Positions 24,267 through 33,341 are shown, counted from the stretch's first letter. The stretch is 33,660 nucleotides of DNA from a virus (IMGVR_UViG_3300049169_000027:1-33660), one strand, 5' to 3'. Translations and numbers: made by a program. Notes: generated by a model not told the origin, from the letters alone.

Positions 24267-25079
24267 TCAGCCGCCGAGCTTGGCGGCGATGGCGTCATGC
24301 AGAGAGGTGGGGCGCTGCCTGGTCCCGGGCCCGCCGGGGAAGTCGCCCCCGCCCCGCCGCGGCGCCTGGCCCGTGCGGAGCTGCTGGTTGTTCTCGACGG
24401 CCGCCTTGATCGCGTCGTCGAGCTTGGTGGTGAAGTCGTCGGCCGAGGGGTCCAGCCCCTTGACAGACTCCAGGAACGATCGGGAGTCGAGCAGTGCGGC
24501 CGGGTTGGCGCCGTGCTTGTCGGCGGCCTTGTACGCGGCCAGCTCGATGGACAGCGTGCGGTTCGTGTTCTCCAGATCGCCGATCCGGGTGGTCTGGGTG
24601 GTGATGGTGCGGGTCAGCTCAGCGGGGTCGGCGGGCTTGTCGTCCTTGACGAGGCCGAGGGCCTTGCCGATCTCCTGCGCGAGTTCCTGCCGGGCCTGGT
24701 TGGCCGCGTTCTCCTTAGCGGTGGTGCGGGACTTGCCCGCCTCCTCGCGGGCGTCCTTGATGATCTTCGCGACCGGCTCGGGCAGGGACTCGACCTTGCC
24801 GTCCCACTGGAATCCGGCCCACGGATCAGTGGATCCGGGCTGGGATCCGGCCTGTCCGGACTGCTGTCCGCCCTGGCCGGAGCCCTGCGCCCCGGCACCT
24901 GCGGCGCCCTGCCCGGACTGTCCGGGCTCACCGGATCCGGGCTGTCCGCCCGATCCGGCGGCGCCTTCGCCCGCGCCGCTGCCACCCGCGATCGCGTAGA
25001 CGGGCCTGCCGCCCACGTAGCCGAGGATCGTGCCCGCGGCGTGAGTGGCGAGCGGGTGCCGGAAAGGGATGGTGTGCAT
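24267..25079 (-). CDS. capsid scaffolding protein
   Basis: Gly/Gln low-complexity region, coiled coil, ALLDSRSF, RGGGDF C-terminus; immediately before the capsid gene. Confidence 0.85.
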   Translation of the reverse strand: MHTIPFRHPLATHAAGTILGYVGGRPVYAIAGGSGAGEGAAGSGGQPGSGEPGQSGQGAAGAGAQGSGQGGQQSGQAGSQPGSTDPWAGFQWDGKVESLPEPVAKIIKDAREEAGKSRTTAKENAANQARQELAQEIGKALGLVKDDKPADPAELTRTITTQTTRIGDLENTNRTLSIELAAYKAADKHGANPAALLDSRSFLESVKGLDPSADDFTTKLDDAIKAAVENNQQLRTGQAPRRGGGDFPGGPGTRQRPTSLHDAIAAKLGG

Positions 25080-25126
25080 GTGCCCTCCTGGGGCGCATCA
25101 GGCCCGCGCCAGGCGGGCTGTTGGTA

Positions 25127-26269
25127 TCAGCGCGCTGCGCCGATCTGCTCACGCTGCGGCTTGCGGCGCAGGTGCTCGTGCGTGGCCATGTGCTCGCGCA
25201 TGGCGGCCTGCCAGGCGCGGACCTTCGCCCCGGCCGCGCGGCGGGTCTGCTCGTCCATGGCGGCGGCCTGACGCCGTTTCCACTTCCGGATGTGGCGTTC
25301 GATCTCCCGCTGCCGCTGCGTGTCCTCATACGTCGTGCCCGGGGTGGGATGGTCGGGCGGCCGGGTCGTCACGCCGGGCAGGTACGCCGACAGGGAATGT
25401 CGACAGTTCGGGTGGAACAGGCCTGCGGCCCGGGCCTCCACAAGGGACCCGGCGACGTGCACGGGGATGATCCGGGGCCGCCGCAGCAGACGCCCCGTGG
25501 TCTCCGTGGCGTGCTCGGCCTGGATCGTGTGCGGCCCGGACTGCCCGGACAGGGTGAGCGTCTCGCCCTCCCACGGCCTGCACACCTCGCACTCCAGCGG
25601 CGCGTTCGAGACGATCACCAGGCCTACTCCGATCTCGGCGAGGGCGTCTACGTGCCCCTCGATTGCAGCCCGGGCGGTCACGGACCGTACGGCCATCTCC
25701 GCATAGGTGGCCATGTCCCACGAGCGGCCCGCGGAGTCCACGAACCCGGAGATGCCGCGATTGGCGAACTGGTCAAGGGCCCGCTGCGCGGCCTGCCGGC
25801 GGGTGAGCGCGCCCAGCAGCGTGGACGCGGACGCGCGGGAGGTGACCGACCGGTACACGTCCACCACCACGCGCGTGATCCGCGCGTACACGGGCCGGGT
25901 ATCCTCCGTCAGCGACGCGGCCAGCCGGTCCACTGCGGGCGCGTTCGGCAGCGCATCACGGGCCACCAGCTCCCGGCCGATGTCCAGCGCCCCCAACTCC
26001 GCCACCGCCGCCTGCCGGCCTCGGTTGTACGCCTCCACCAGGGCGCGCCGTACGGCCCCGTCGGTGTCCGTCTGGAGCGCCTCCGCAACGGTCTCGACGG
26101 CCGTGCGGAGGTTCCCGATCGCGGCCAGCTTCAGCTCAGCCCAACGCGGGCTCTCGATGTCGGCTGCGAGCGCCGCGGCGAGCTTCTCCAGTAGGGCGGC
26201 CTCGGCGTCCTGGTAGAGCCGGGCTACCTCAGCCGCGAGATCCTCCGCCATCGCTGGGGACACCGGCAT
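25127..26269 (-). CDS. minor capsid protein (Phage_min_cap2 / MuF-like)
   Basis: FVDSAGRSWDMATYAEMAVR, CEVCRPWEG, GLFHPNCRH, QRQREIERHIRKWKRR. Confidence 0.9.
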   Translation of the reverse strand: MPVSPAMAEDLAAEVARLYQDAEAALLEKLAAALAADIESPRWAELKLAAIGNLRTAVETVAEALQTDTDGAVRRALVEAYNRGRQAAVAELGALDIGRELVARDALPNAPAVDRLAASLTEDTRPVYARITRVVVDVYRSVTSRASASTLLGALTRRQAAQRALDQFANRGISGFVDSAGRSWDMATYAEMAVRSVTARAAIEGHVDALAEIGVGLVIVSNAPLECEVCRPWEGETLTLSGQSGPHTIQAEHATETTGRLLRRPRIIPVHVAGSLVEARAAGLFHPNCRHSLSAYLPGVTTRPPDHPTPGTTYEDTQRQREIERHIRKWKRRQAAAMDEQTRRAAGAKVRAWQAAMREHMATHEHLRRKPQREQIGAAR

Positions 26270-27752
26270 TCGGCACCCCCTCGGCTCCGGTCTCGGCGGG
26301 GTCGTTGACGAGCTGGCCCGTCTCCCGCAGGATCCGTTCCGTCTCCTCGCGGACCGCCGTGTCGTCGAGGTCCGGACTCCTCATGCGCACCTTCGCCTCG
26401 GTGCTGATGGCCTGCGCCTGCGTGAGGAGCGCGAGGGTCTCCGCTGTTGCCTTGGGGTCCTCGCTGACGGAGTCCCCGAACTCGACCTTCGGCCGCTCCG
26501 GGACCACCTTCGAGAAGCCCAGCCGAGCATCCATCATCAGCTGAACTTCCAGCATGTCGGCGAGCACCGGACCCCAGTACCGGGCCTTCTTGTCCCGCGT
26601 GATCATGCTCTTACGCTCGCGCGCCACCACCTCCGTAGCGGTCACCGCGGCGTCGCCGTCCATGCCGAACGACTGTGCCGAGTACCCGGCGTCGCGCACC
26701 GCCTGACGCACGATCGCCTCGGCTGTGCGCTGGTGGTCGTCCGTACGGATGTTGAACTGGTTCTCCGTGATGGACTCGCCCGACGTCGGGGCCGCGTTGA
26801 TCGCCGCGACCACCTCTTGGTCGAGGTCGAACGTCGCGCCCAACCCGGGCCCGGCACTGTTCAGGTAGCCCTGGGGGATGATCAGCCGGGCCTTCGCGAG
26901 GCGGATGTCCCGCAGCCACGACGTCCACGTCTCGTCGAGGGCGTGGAAGAGGTGGTGTACGCCCTGATAGTCGGAACGGCCGAGCGGTGACCGACGGTCC
27001 TGCCGGTCCGGGCCCATGTTCCGCACGTAGCCGGCCGTCAGGCGCGGGATGCCGGTGGTGATGCTCTGCCCGTCGCCGCCCGGGTCGAGGGAACCGACGA
27101 GGTCCGCGGTCGCCTGGTCCTCCGTGAGGGGCACCGCGCGGCCGAGGTTGGTCGGGGTGCCCTCGTACAGGCCGTGCAGGATCCGGCCCGGCTCGTGCCG
27201 CTCCAGATGGCGCAGCACGCGGACGCCGTCGGCAGCGACCTCACGCCAGAACGTCACCGCCGTCAGGATGCCCGACTGCCACTCAGGGACCGCGGTGTCC
27301 GCGTGATGCACGGTGAGGAGAGCCCGCTGCGCCAGGTCGGCGTTCCAGGTGACGCGCAGGTACGCGCCCCGCAGGGCAGAGGCGACCTCGGCGGCCTCCA
27401 GCAGGGTGTTCGCGAGCCCGCCGGCCTCGGCAAGTTCCTTCAACCGATCCTGCGTCTGGGTGTCCTCCACGGTCAGTTTCGGCGGCTCGGAGAACAGCAG
27501 GTCGGCGGACGTCGTGGCGATGTCACCGGGCAGCGGCACGTGCATCGAGTGGTCGGGGGTGTCGAGTCGCTTCGGTCGCTCCCAGAACCGCAGGAAGCGG
27601 CCCGTCTCGGTGACCTCGGCGCTCTTGGGCCGGTACGCCGCGCGGATCCGCTCCCGGTCCCCGGAGTACCAGGCGTCATCGACGGTCATGGACGCGAGCG
27701 CGGGCGCCATCTCCGGCGGCGGCCACGGGACTCCGTTCTCAGGCAGGGGCAT
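26229..27752 (-). CDS. portal protein (SPP1/A118-like)
   Basis: HVPLPGDIATTSADLLFSEPP, LGRSDY, LDETWTSWLRDIRLAKARL, TATEV. Confidence 0.9.
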   Translation of the reverse strand: MPLPENGVPWPPPEMAPALASMTVDDAWYSGDRERIRAAYRPKSAEVTETGRFLRFWERPKRLDTPDHSMHVPLPGDIATTSADLLFSEPPKLTVEDTQTQDRLKELAEAGGLANTLLEAAEVASALRGAYLRVTWNADLAQRALLTVHHADTAVPEWQSGILTAVTFWREVAADGVRVLRHLERHEPGRILHGLYEGTPTNLGRAVPLTEDQATADLVGSLDPGGDGQSITTGIPRLTAGYVRNMGPDRQDRRSPLGRSDYQGVHHLFHALDETWTSWLRDIRLAKARLIIPQGYLNSAGPGLGATFDLDQEVVAAINAAPTSGESITENQFNIRTDDHQRTAEAIVRQAVRDAGYSAQSFGMDGDAAVTATEVVARERKSMITRDKKARYWGPVLADMLEVQLMMDARLGFSKVVPERPKVEFGDSVSEDPKATAETLALLTQAQAISTEAKVRMRSPDLDDTAVREETERILRETGQLVNDPAETGAEGVPNAGVPSDGGGSRG

Positions 27753-27945
27753 CGGGTGCGTCCTCGCCTTCGCCTGTAGCCGCGTCCACGCTGCGCTGCA
27801 GCATGTCGGGTGCTTCTTCTTCCAGGCGCCCGAGGTCCGAGGTCACGGCCCCGGTGGCGAGATCGACCGTGGCGTGCCCAACGCGGCGCTCCTTGCCGTG
27901 GTCGCCGATGCGCATGTAGATGGGCAGCTGGATGGTGAGCGGCAT
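27739..27945 (-). CDS. hypothetical 68-aa protein between terminase and portal
   Basis: ATG 27945 overlaps the terminase TGA; GAGGAGG SD. Confidence 0.55.
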   Translation of the reverse strand: MPLTIQLPIYMRIGDHGKERRVGHATVDLATGAVTSDLGRLEEEAPDMLQRSVDAATGEGEDAPDAPA

Positions 27946-29231
27946 CAGGCAGCCACCTCCTCGTAGTCGATCAGGCCGCGCCACTCGTGCGCGGTGGAGT
28001 GAAGTGCGTAGCGCAGCGCGTCCGCGCTGTGGTCGGCCACCTTCAGCGGCTTGTCCTCGCCCCGTTCGGCGGCTTTCTCGTCCCACGCGTAGCCGGGCAG
28101 CTCGCCGAGCAGGCCCGTACACGAGCGGTGGATACGCAGCAGCCCGGAGCCGAGCGCGACGGACACGGACCGGATGCCGTCCAAGACGTCGTTGATGGCC
28201 GGGGCGATGTTCGGCACGCGTTCGGTCCACAGCTGGTTCATGAACGAGGCCGCCGATGGGTCCACGAAGATCCATTCGGGGCGGACTCCGCGCGCCTGCC
28301 CGTGCTCACCCGGACGTCGGATGCCGGCCAGCCACTCGCGGACGTTGCGGCTGTACTCCGCGTCAGTCAGCTGGCGCAGCGCGGTTGCGGAGTCGTGCCG
28401 GTACTCGGACACGGCATACAGCCGGTCGTCCTCGCCGTGCCCGATCAGCACCGCGCTGAAGGGGTTGACGGTGCCGTAGTCGATGCCGACTGCGGTCCAG
28501 CGGCGCATGTACGGCAGCAGGTCCACGACGTGCCGGTCCTCGTCGAACATGTCGTAGACCGCGCCTTGGGCGAGGCACCACTCGCCGAGGATGAACCGCC
28601 GGTACCACAGGCCGGTGTACTGCGCCTTCAGCCGTGCCACGACCGCTGGGTCAAGGGAGGGGTTGTCGTCGAGGGTGAAGTGCCAGTTCGTCAGCCCGAC
28701 TTCGGCGCCGCGAAGGATGAACTCCCGGCGGAGCCAGTGGAACGGGCCGTCCGGGTTCGTCGTGGCCAGCAGGCGGGACTGGTTGCCGACGCGGAGCCGG
28801 GACAGCAGCATCATCCAGAACGCGTGCGGCAGCAGCGTCGCTTCGTCGACGTAGGCGAGCGCGATGGTGGCGCCTCGGATGCGGCCCTCGGCCCTGGCGT
28901 CGGACGCGCCGACCAGGTGGACGGTGCGCCCCAGGATCGTTGCCGTGGTCGAGCCAGTGGTGTGGTGGACGTGCTCGGCGAGCGGCCCGAACAGGAACTT
29001 CGACTGCAACGGGTCGATCAGGTTCCGCTCGATGGTCTGCAAAGTGCGGCCCACGATGACGATCAGGCCGTGATCGGGGGCCGCGACCAGCATGATCAAG
29101 AAGGCGAGCAGCGATGCGATCGTCTTGCCCGAGGACACTGCCCCTGACCAAAGAGCGATCGGTGCGTGCTGTGCCTCCACGATGCTCGCGATCTGCTTCC
29201 GCGACAGCGGCAGGGGGACGTCACGGAGCAT
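27945..29231 (-). CDS. terL: terminase large subunit (PBSX family)
   Basis: Walker A GAVSSGKT, Walker B AYVDEA, ATTNPD, nuclease GIDYG, DPSAASF, DHSADALRY. Confidence 0.95.
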   Translation of the reverse strand: MLRDVPLPLSRKQIASIVEAQHAPIALWSGAVSSGKTIASLLAFLIMLVAAPDHGLIVIVGRTLQTIERNLIDPLQSKFLFGPLAEHVHHTTGSTTATILGRTVHLVGASDARAEGRIRGATIALAYVDEATLLPHAFWMMLLSRLRVGNQSRLLATTNPDGPFHWLRREFILRGAEVGLTNWHFTLDDNPSLDPAVVARLKAQYTGLWYRRFILGEWCLAQGAVYDMFDEDRHVVDLLPYMRRWTAVGIDYGTVNPFSAVLIGHGEDDRLYAVSEYRHDSATALRQLTDAEYSRNVREWLAGIRRPGEHGQARGVRPEWIFVDPSAASFMNQLWTERVPNIAPAINDVLDGIRSVSVALGSGLLRIHRSCTGLLGELPGYAWDEKAAERGEDKPLKVADHSADALRYALHSTAHEWRGLIDYEEVAA

Positions 29232-29751
29232 CACCCGCCCCCTCGTTCATGGCGGTGTACGCCGCGGTGAGGCCGGCGGCGAGCTGGCCGAGCATGCTCT
29301 TCGCGTCGTCGACGCCGTTGTTCGTGTCGAGTGCTTCGAGCTTGAGGGCCTGGTTCGCGGCCACGGTGGACGCCTGGATGAGGTTGCGGACGTCCTGTGT
29401 GGGGAGGTCGTCGGCGCGGTAGCGGACGACTTTGCCGATGCTGACTTCGGTGATGTGGTGCTGGTCGCGGTCGAGCCGGTCGAGGTGCTTGTGCGCTTGC
29501 TCGTAGTACCGCTCCATGAGGGCGGCTCGGCGCGCCTTGGCGTCGATGACACGGGCCTGCGTGGCGACGGCGGTAGCGGTCCGGTCGAACGTCACCGGCG
29601 GGTCCAGCTCGGCGGCGATGACGCTGATGGTGCGCGGGGACCGCTTCAGCTCCCGGGCGATCTCGTTGCGGCCCTTGCCCTCGCCTGCGAGGCGGCGTAC
29701 GGCTTCGCGGTCCTCGTCGGTGACCGGCCGCTTGCCCTTGTTGACGGCCAT
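29221..29751 (-). CDS. terS: terminase small subunit (HTH)
   Basis: N-terminal HTH GKGRNEIARELKRSPRTISVIA; ends DAKSMLGQL; directly upstream of terL. Confidence 0.8.
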   Translation of the reverse strand: MAVNKGKRPVTDEDREAVRRLAGEGKGRNEIARELKRSPRTISVIAAELDPPVTFDRTATAVATQARVIDAKARRAALMERYYEQAHKHLDRLDRDQHHITEVSIGKVVRYRADDLPTQDVRNLIQASTVAANQALKLEALDTNNGVDDAKSMLGQLAAGLTAAYTAMNEGAGDAP

Positions 29752-29772
29752 GGTCACCTCCGGGCATGCGAA

Positions 29773-29801
29773 GGCCCGGCCGACGGGGTGGCGGCCGGGC
29801 C
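29773..29801 (-). terminator. stem-loop after the lipoprotein gene
   Basis: Perfect 10-bp inverted repeat GGCCCGGCCG/CGGCCGGGCC. Confidence 0.6.
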
Positions 29802-29814
29802 AGTCAGGGGTGGG

Positions 29815-30234
29815 TCAGCAGCTCTCGCCGTCCTTGACCGCGAACAGGGTCACCGCTGTGTCCGTCGGGTGCGTGCCGGCGGCGGGCTCCTGGCTACAGA
29901 CGACCCAGTTGCGGTCCATGACCTGCAAGCGCTTCTGGCCGCTGGCGTCCTGGTCGTCGAGGACGTAGAAGCCTGCGGCCTGCGCTGCGTCCTGTGCGGC
30001 TTGGAGGTCCTGGCCGACGAGGTTGGGCAGCTTCGCGCTCTCGGCCGCACCCGCGTCGGTGTCGGTGTCCGTCCCCGGAGTGTCGGCGGGGGTCGGGTCC
30101 TGCTTCGTCTGGTCGCTCGTGTCCTGCGCGGTGGTGTCCGGCTTGCTGGAGCTGGTGTCCGCGGTGCCTTCGCAGGCGGTGAGCGTGAGGAGTGTTGCGG
30201 CGGTGAGCGCGCCGATGGTGTGGCGGATGCGCAT
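29815..30234 (-). CDS. lipoprotein with a C-terminal PASTA domain
   Basis: Signal peptide with lipobox LTLTAC; Thr/Asp linker; LPNLVGQDLQAAQDA...NWVVCSQEPAAG...VTL. Confidence 0.85.
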   Translation of the reverse strand: MRIRHTIGALTAATLLTLTACEGTADTSSSKPDTTAQDTSDQTKQDPTPADTPGTDTDTDAGAAESAKLPNLVGQDLQAAQDAAQAAGFYVLDDQDASGQKRLQVMDRNWVVCSQEPAAGTHPTDTAVTLFAVKDGESC

Positions 30235-30328
30235 GGTTCGTCCCCCAGAGTTGCGAGTGCTGAGGGGCCATCATGCGGCTGGTGGGGGCGACGTGTGGCG
30301 CTTGTGTCTGTTCTGTGACTGAAGGTGG

Positions 30329-30587
30329 TCCGCGCAGGGCGCGCGTCAGCAGCAACCCGAGTCGTGTGAGCGATCGGAGGGTTGGCCCTGCGCGGAGTCT
30401 GGGGTGCGGCCCGCCGCCCGGCCGCTGGTCTTACCGCCGCCCCTGCGGGTGCGGCGTTCCAGCGCTACGGGGCCCACCGGGCGGCGTCCGTCTGTGGGTG
30501 CAGCGAAGGCCCACCCTCTTCGCCTAGGCGCGTGACTGCCTCGCGGGCACGTGAAGGGCGGGCCGTTCGTGTCCGGGCACGCCGGAC
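30329..30587 (-). ncRNA. candidate structured RNA / leader with 3-4 tandem long hairpins
   Basis: Inverted repeats 30329-30340/30385-30396 (12 bp), 30412-30421/30477-30486 (10 bp), about 30508-30564 (G-U pair on the minus strand), 30571-30587; no convincing ORF. Confidence 0.35.
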
Positions 30588-30624
30588 GTGGGGCCAGGAT
30601 GCGGCAAGATCGCGCTGAACGCAA

Positions 30625-30801
30625 CTACGGACGTAGTGAGCGCGTGGCCCGTTCGGTCAGCTTGCCGTCCACCACCACGAGCGGGACGCCCGGCACTCCG
30701 CCCAGTCTGGTCACTTCACTGATGATCTGCTGTGCCACGCGGGCGTGTTCGGCTCGTACAGCGTGGCGGAGGCTCTCGCGGAACCGTTCGCGCAGGGTCA
30801 T
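30625..30801 (-). CDS. 58-aa hypothetical protein, probably leaderless
   Basis: ATG 30801 is 6 nt after a GAGAAT -10-like box. Confidence 0.5.
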   Translation of the reverse strand: MTLRERFRESLRHAVRAEHARVAQQIISEVTRLGGVPGVPLVVVDGKLTERATRSLRP

Positions 30802-30823
30802 GCGGACATTCTCGCGCATGGGT

Positions 30824-30859
30824 CGGGCCCTCGCCCCTGGGGATTTAGGCGAGGGCCCG
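30824..30859 (-). terminator. stem-loop terminator
   Basis: Perfect 12-bp inverted repeat CGGGCCCTCGCC/GGCGAGGGCCCG downstream of the DUF6221-type gene. Confidence 0.65.
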
Positions 30860-30925
30860 GAGTGCGTCGCAGCCAGAGACGCGGATATGTGTCTGCGACT
30901 GTACGGCGAGGGGCTGACAACGGGC

Positions 30926-31366
30926 CTACGGCCGCCACTCCTCCCGGTAGCCGGGCCGGTCCGCGTAGGGCAGGGCGAGCAGCCGCACCACGCCGCCCAG
31001 CGCGTCCCGCCTGTGGATCGCGGCTTCCAGATCCATCTCGGTCATGAACACGTCTCGGCCTCTGGCGTGCAGCCGGTCCCGGACAGCAGAGAGATCCTCG
31101 ACCGCCTGAACGGCCTTGTCGTGCCCCGTGAGCACCTGCCGTTTGGCGTCGATCTCGCGCAGCACCCGCGCCGGTTCCCACGCCATCATGTGGTTCGCGA
31201 TCGTTCGGTCGCCGACGTAGAACTCGTCGCCGCCCACGTCGATCGTGGCGGACGCCATCAGTTCCCACGATGGCTTGTTACCCGACCCCTCCCACAGGGT
31301 CGCCCGCGCAGTCCGTTCGTCCTCGTCGAGCTGGACGCGCAGCCACTCCACCAAGTTGTTGCTCAT
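30926..31366 (-). CDS. DUF6221-family protein
   Basis: LVEWLRVQLDEDERTA...HMMAWEPARVLREIDAKR...VRLLALPYADRPGYREEWRP. Confidence 0.8.
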   Translation of the reverse strand: MSNNLVEWLRVQLDEDERTARATLWEGSGNKPSWELMASATIDVGGDEFYVGDRTIANHMMAWEPARVLREIDAKRQVLTGHDKAVQAVEDLSAVRDRLHARGRDVFMTEMDLEAAIHRRDALGGVVRLLALPYADRPGYREEWRP

Positions 31367-31385
31367 GCGGCCATCCTCTCGCGGA

Positions 31386-31490
31386 TCAGGTGCAGGGGAA
31401 GTGGCTTGGCGGGTAGTGCCCGGCGCAGTTGGGGCAGTAGTCGAGCGGCGGCTGCTCGTAGCCGAGGGCGGCGAGGAGGCGTCGGATCAT
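31386..31490 (-). CDS. 34-aa Cys/His micro-protein (YCPNCAGHYPPSHFPC)
   Basis: ATGA coupling with the upstream gene; GAGGAGG SD. Confidence 0.5.
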   Translation of the reverse strand: MIRRLLAALGYEQPPLDYCPNCAGHYPPSHFPCT

Positions 31491-31867
31491 CGCGCGTTCA
31501 CCTCCTCGGCGATGTGGATGTGGGTGTGGTTGGGTCGGTCGGGGGGCGCGGTCTTGTAGATCAACATCCCCTCTTGGTCTTCGAGAGGGGTCACGCTGAG
31601 AAGCGTGTGACCTGCGCATTCGCGGCAGGAGGGGCGCCCCTCCCTCGGTGGGGGAGTGGCGGACGAATCGGACACGCGGCGGCGGGCCGACCACCACACC
31701 GCGGCCACACCCACCACCCACACGGCGAGCACCCCGGCCACGTCCGACAGGGCCCACAGGACCGCGAGGGGCACGCCACCGAGCACCGCGAGCACGCAGC
31801 CACCGGCCGCCGCGCTGCGCTGCTCCGACTCCTCGACGGGAGCGTGGCGCTTCTTCCGGGCCGCCAT
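31487..31867 (-). CDS. 2-TM membrane protein with CxxC
   Basis: ATG 31867 overlaps the upstream TGA; two hydrophobic helices ending WWSARRR. Confidence 0.7.
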   Translation of the reverse strand: MAARKKRHAPVEESEQRSAAAGGCVLAVLGGVPLAVLWALSDVAGVLAVWVVGVAAVWWSARRRVSDSSATPPPREGRPSCRECAGHTLLSVTPLEDQEGMLIYKTAPPDRPNHTHIHIAEEVNAR

Positions 31868-32373
31868 CACACCGCCCCGAACACGGTGTCGCCGAGCCAG
31901 TTCACGGCGACCGCCAGGGGCGCCGCAGCGAACCCGGCCACGCCCGCGCTGGTGCCAAGGCAGATCCCGCACCAGGCACCCCACTTGATGTCCGCCCCGT
32001 ACCGGGCCTTCTTCGCCAGCGCGACCATCACGGCGGTGAGGATCAGAACGATGGCGCCACCGGCCTGCGTGAGCGGCAGGTAGGTGACGGCTCCCGCGCG
32101 CTGGCCGGTCTGGCCGCCGACGCCCCAGACGAGGGCGACGTCACCGAGCCAGTTGGCGATCCACCGGGCCGTGCGGGCGGCCCAACCAATCAGCCCGCCG
32201 ATGCCGAGGATGGTGAGGACGCCGTACGTCCAGGCGAACAGGAACGGGAGCAGGGCGGCGGCGTGGTGCGCGGGGTTGCTCTGAAGGGACTTGAGGCCCG
32301 GCCACCAGGTAGTCAGGTGGTAGGCGAGGATCAGGAGTCCGACGGTGACACCGCCGTACGTCACGAAGTTCAT
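31867..32373 (-). CDS. polytopic membrane protein (about 4 TM)
   Basis: ATG 32373 after GAAGGA; MNFVTYGGVTVGLLIL... with several Gly-rich hydrophobic helices. Confidence 0.75.
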   Translation of the reverse strand: MNFVTYGGVTVGLLILAYHLTTWWPGLKSLQSNPAHHAAALLPFLFAWTYGVLTILGIGGLIGWAARTARWIANWLGDVALVWGVGGQTGQRAGAVTYLPLTQAGGAIVLILTAVMVALAKKARYGADIKWGAWCGICLGTSAGVAGFAAAPLAVAVNWLGDTVFGAV

Positions 32374-32381
32374 GGGGTCCT

Positions 32382-32528
32382 TCAACGGAGGACGGCGACG
32401 CCGAGCGCCGCGAGGGTGAGGATGAACGCGCACGTGCCGGAGATCAGGGGCACCGTGCGCCAGTCGACGAGGGCCAGGCCGAGAAGCCCGGCGACGGCCG
32501 CGAGCACGAAGAACACGGCGAGCAACAC
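32382..32528 (-). CDS. 48-aa 2-TM membrane peptide, not in the ORF track
   Basis: MLLAVFFVLAAVAGLLGLALVDWRTVPLISGTCAFILTLAALGVAVLR; fills the gap between co-oriented genes. Confidence 0.6.
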   Translation of the reverse strand: MLLAVFFVLAAVAGLLGLALVDWRTVPLISGTCAFILTLAALGVAVLR

Positions 32529-32534
32529 GGCGGC

Positions 32535-33341
32535 CTACGCGGTGCGGCCGATGGCCGGCGGGTAGTCGGCCAGGTCGGGCTCGTGCTCCTCGATCTCGGC
32601 GCGGATCGTGCCGCGGATCGTCGAGTCTCCGACGCGGCCGTGTCCGGCGGCGATCAGGGCGTCGCGCATGGCGGCGGTGCCGGGGCGGGTGCCGTTGTCG
32701 TACAGCGGGCGTACGGCGGCGCAGCGCGGGTCGCGGTAGACGATGGCCGGGCGCTCCGGTCGCTGCTCCTCGGGCTCGGGCTGCTCCTCGGCGGGCTCCA
32801 GCGCGGGCGGCTGCTCGGGCCGCGGCGGCACGGCGCGCGACTGCTGCGTCACGGGCACGCGCTCGACGACGGGTGTCGTCTCGGCGGTGTCGACGCTGGT
32901 CGACGGGGTGACGACGGGCGTCGACTTGGCGACAGGCGTGGCCGCCAGGTGCAGCAGGTGCGCAAGGACAGCCGGGGGCACCATCGACGTGACCGCGATG
33001 AGCCACGCCTGGTTGTGGTCCATGTGTCCGGTCTGCACGAGGTGTGCGACGACCTGAGCGGCGAGCGCAAGGACGATTGCGAACCCGGCTCCGATCACGG
33101 CGGAGGCCCGCCCGCGGGCGCCCTTGGGTCGGGTGGCGGCGACCACGGCGGCGATGCCGGCGTAGGCCGAGAGGGAGAACGGCATGCCGTACGCCCACGG
33201 ATCGGACCAGCCCGCGAACTTGGCGACGTGGTACTCGCCGGGCATCGACATGATGAGGGTGGCGGCGAGGACGGCGGGGCGGCCGGCGGTGGTCGCAACG
33301 CGGGCGTACCAGGGGCCGCTGGAGCTGGGCTGCTGGCTCAT
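32535..33341 (-). CDS. DUF2637 / SpdB-like membrane protein
   Basis: About 4 TM (SMPGEYHVAKFAGW...AYGMP...LIAVTSMVPPAVLAHLLHL), Pro/Glu linker, short C-terminal helical domain; ATG 33341. Confidence 0.6.
   Translation of the reverse strand: MSQQPSSSGPWYARVATTAGRPAVLAATLIMSMPGEYHVAKFAGWSDPWAYGMPFSLSAYAGIAAVVAATRPKGARGRASAVIGAGFAIVLALAAQVVAHLVQTGHMDHNQAWLIAVTSMVPPAVLAHLLHLAATPVAKSTPVVTPSTSVDTAETTPVVERVPVTQQSRAVPPRPEQPPALEPAEEQPEPEEQRPERPAIVYRDPRCAAVRPLYDNGTRPGTAAMRDALIAAGHGRVGDSTIRGTIRAEIEEHEPDLADYPPAIGRTA

Noticed and set aside
24830-24960. Repeated GGATCCGG / CTGTCCG words in the scaffold gene
   Set aside because: They reflect the Gly-Ser-Gln-Pro low-complexity linker rather than a separate DNA repeat element
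30300-30620. tRNA gene or CRISPR mini-array
   Set aside because: No cloverleaf with a TTCGA T-loop and no identical direct repeats with spacers; the hairpins differ in sequence
32374-33198. N-terminal extension of the 443-aa ORF 31867-33198
   Set aside because: Off-frame overlap of two other genes; the real start is ATG 32373
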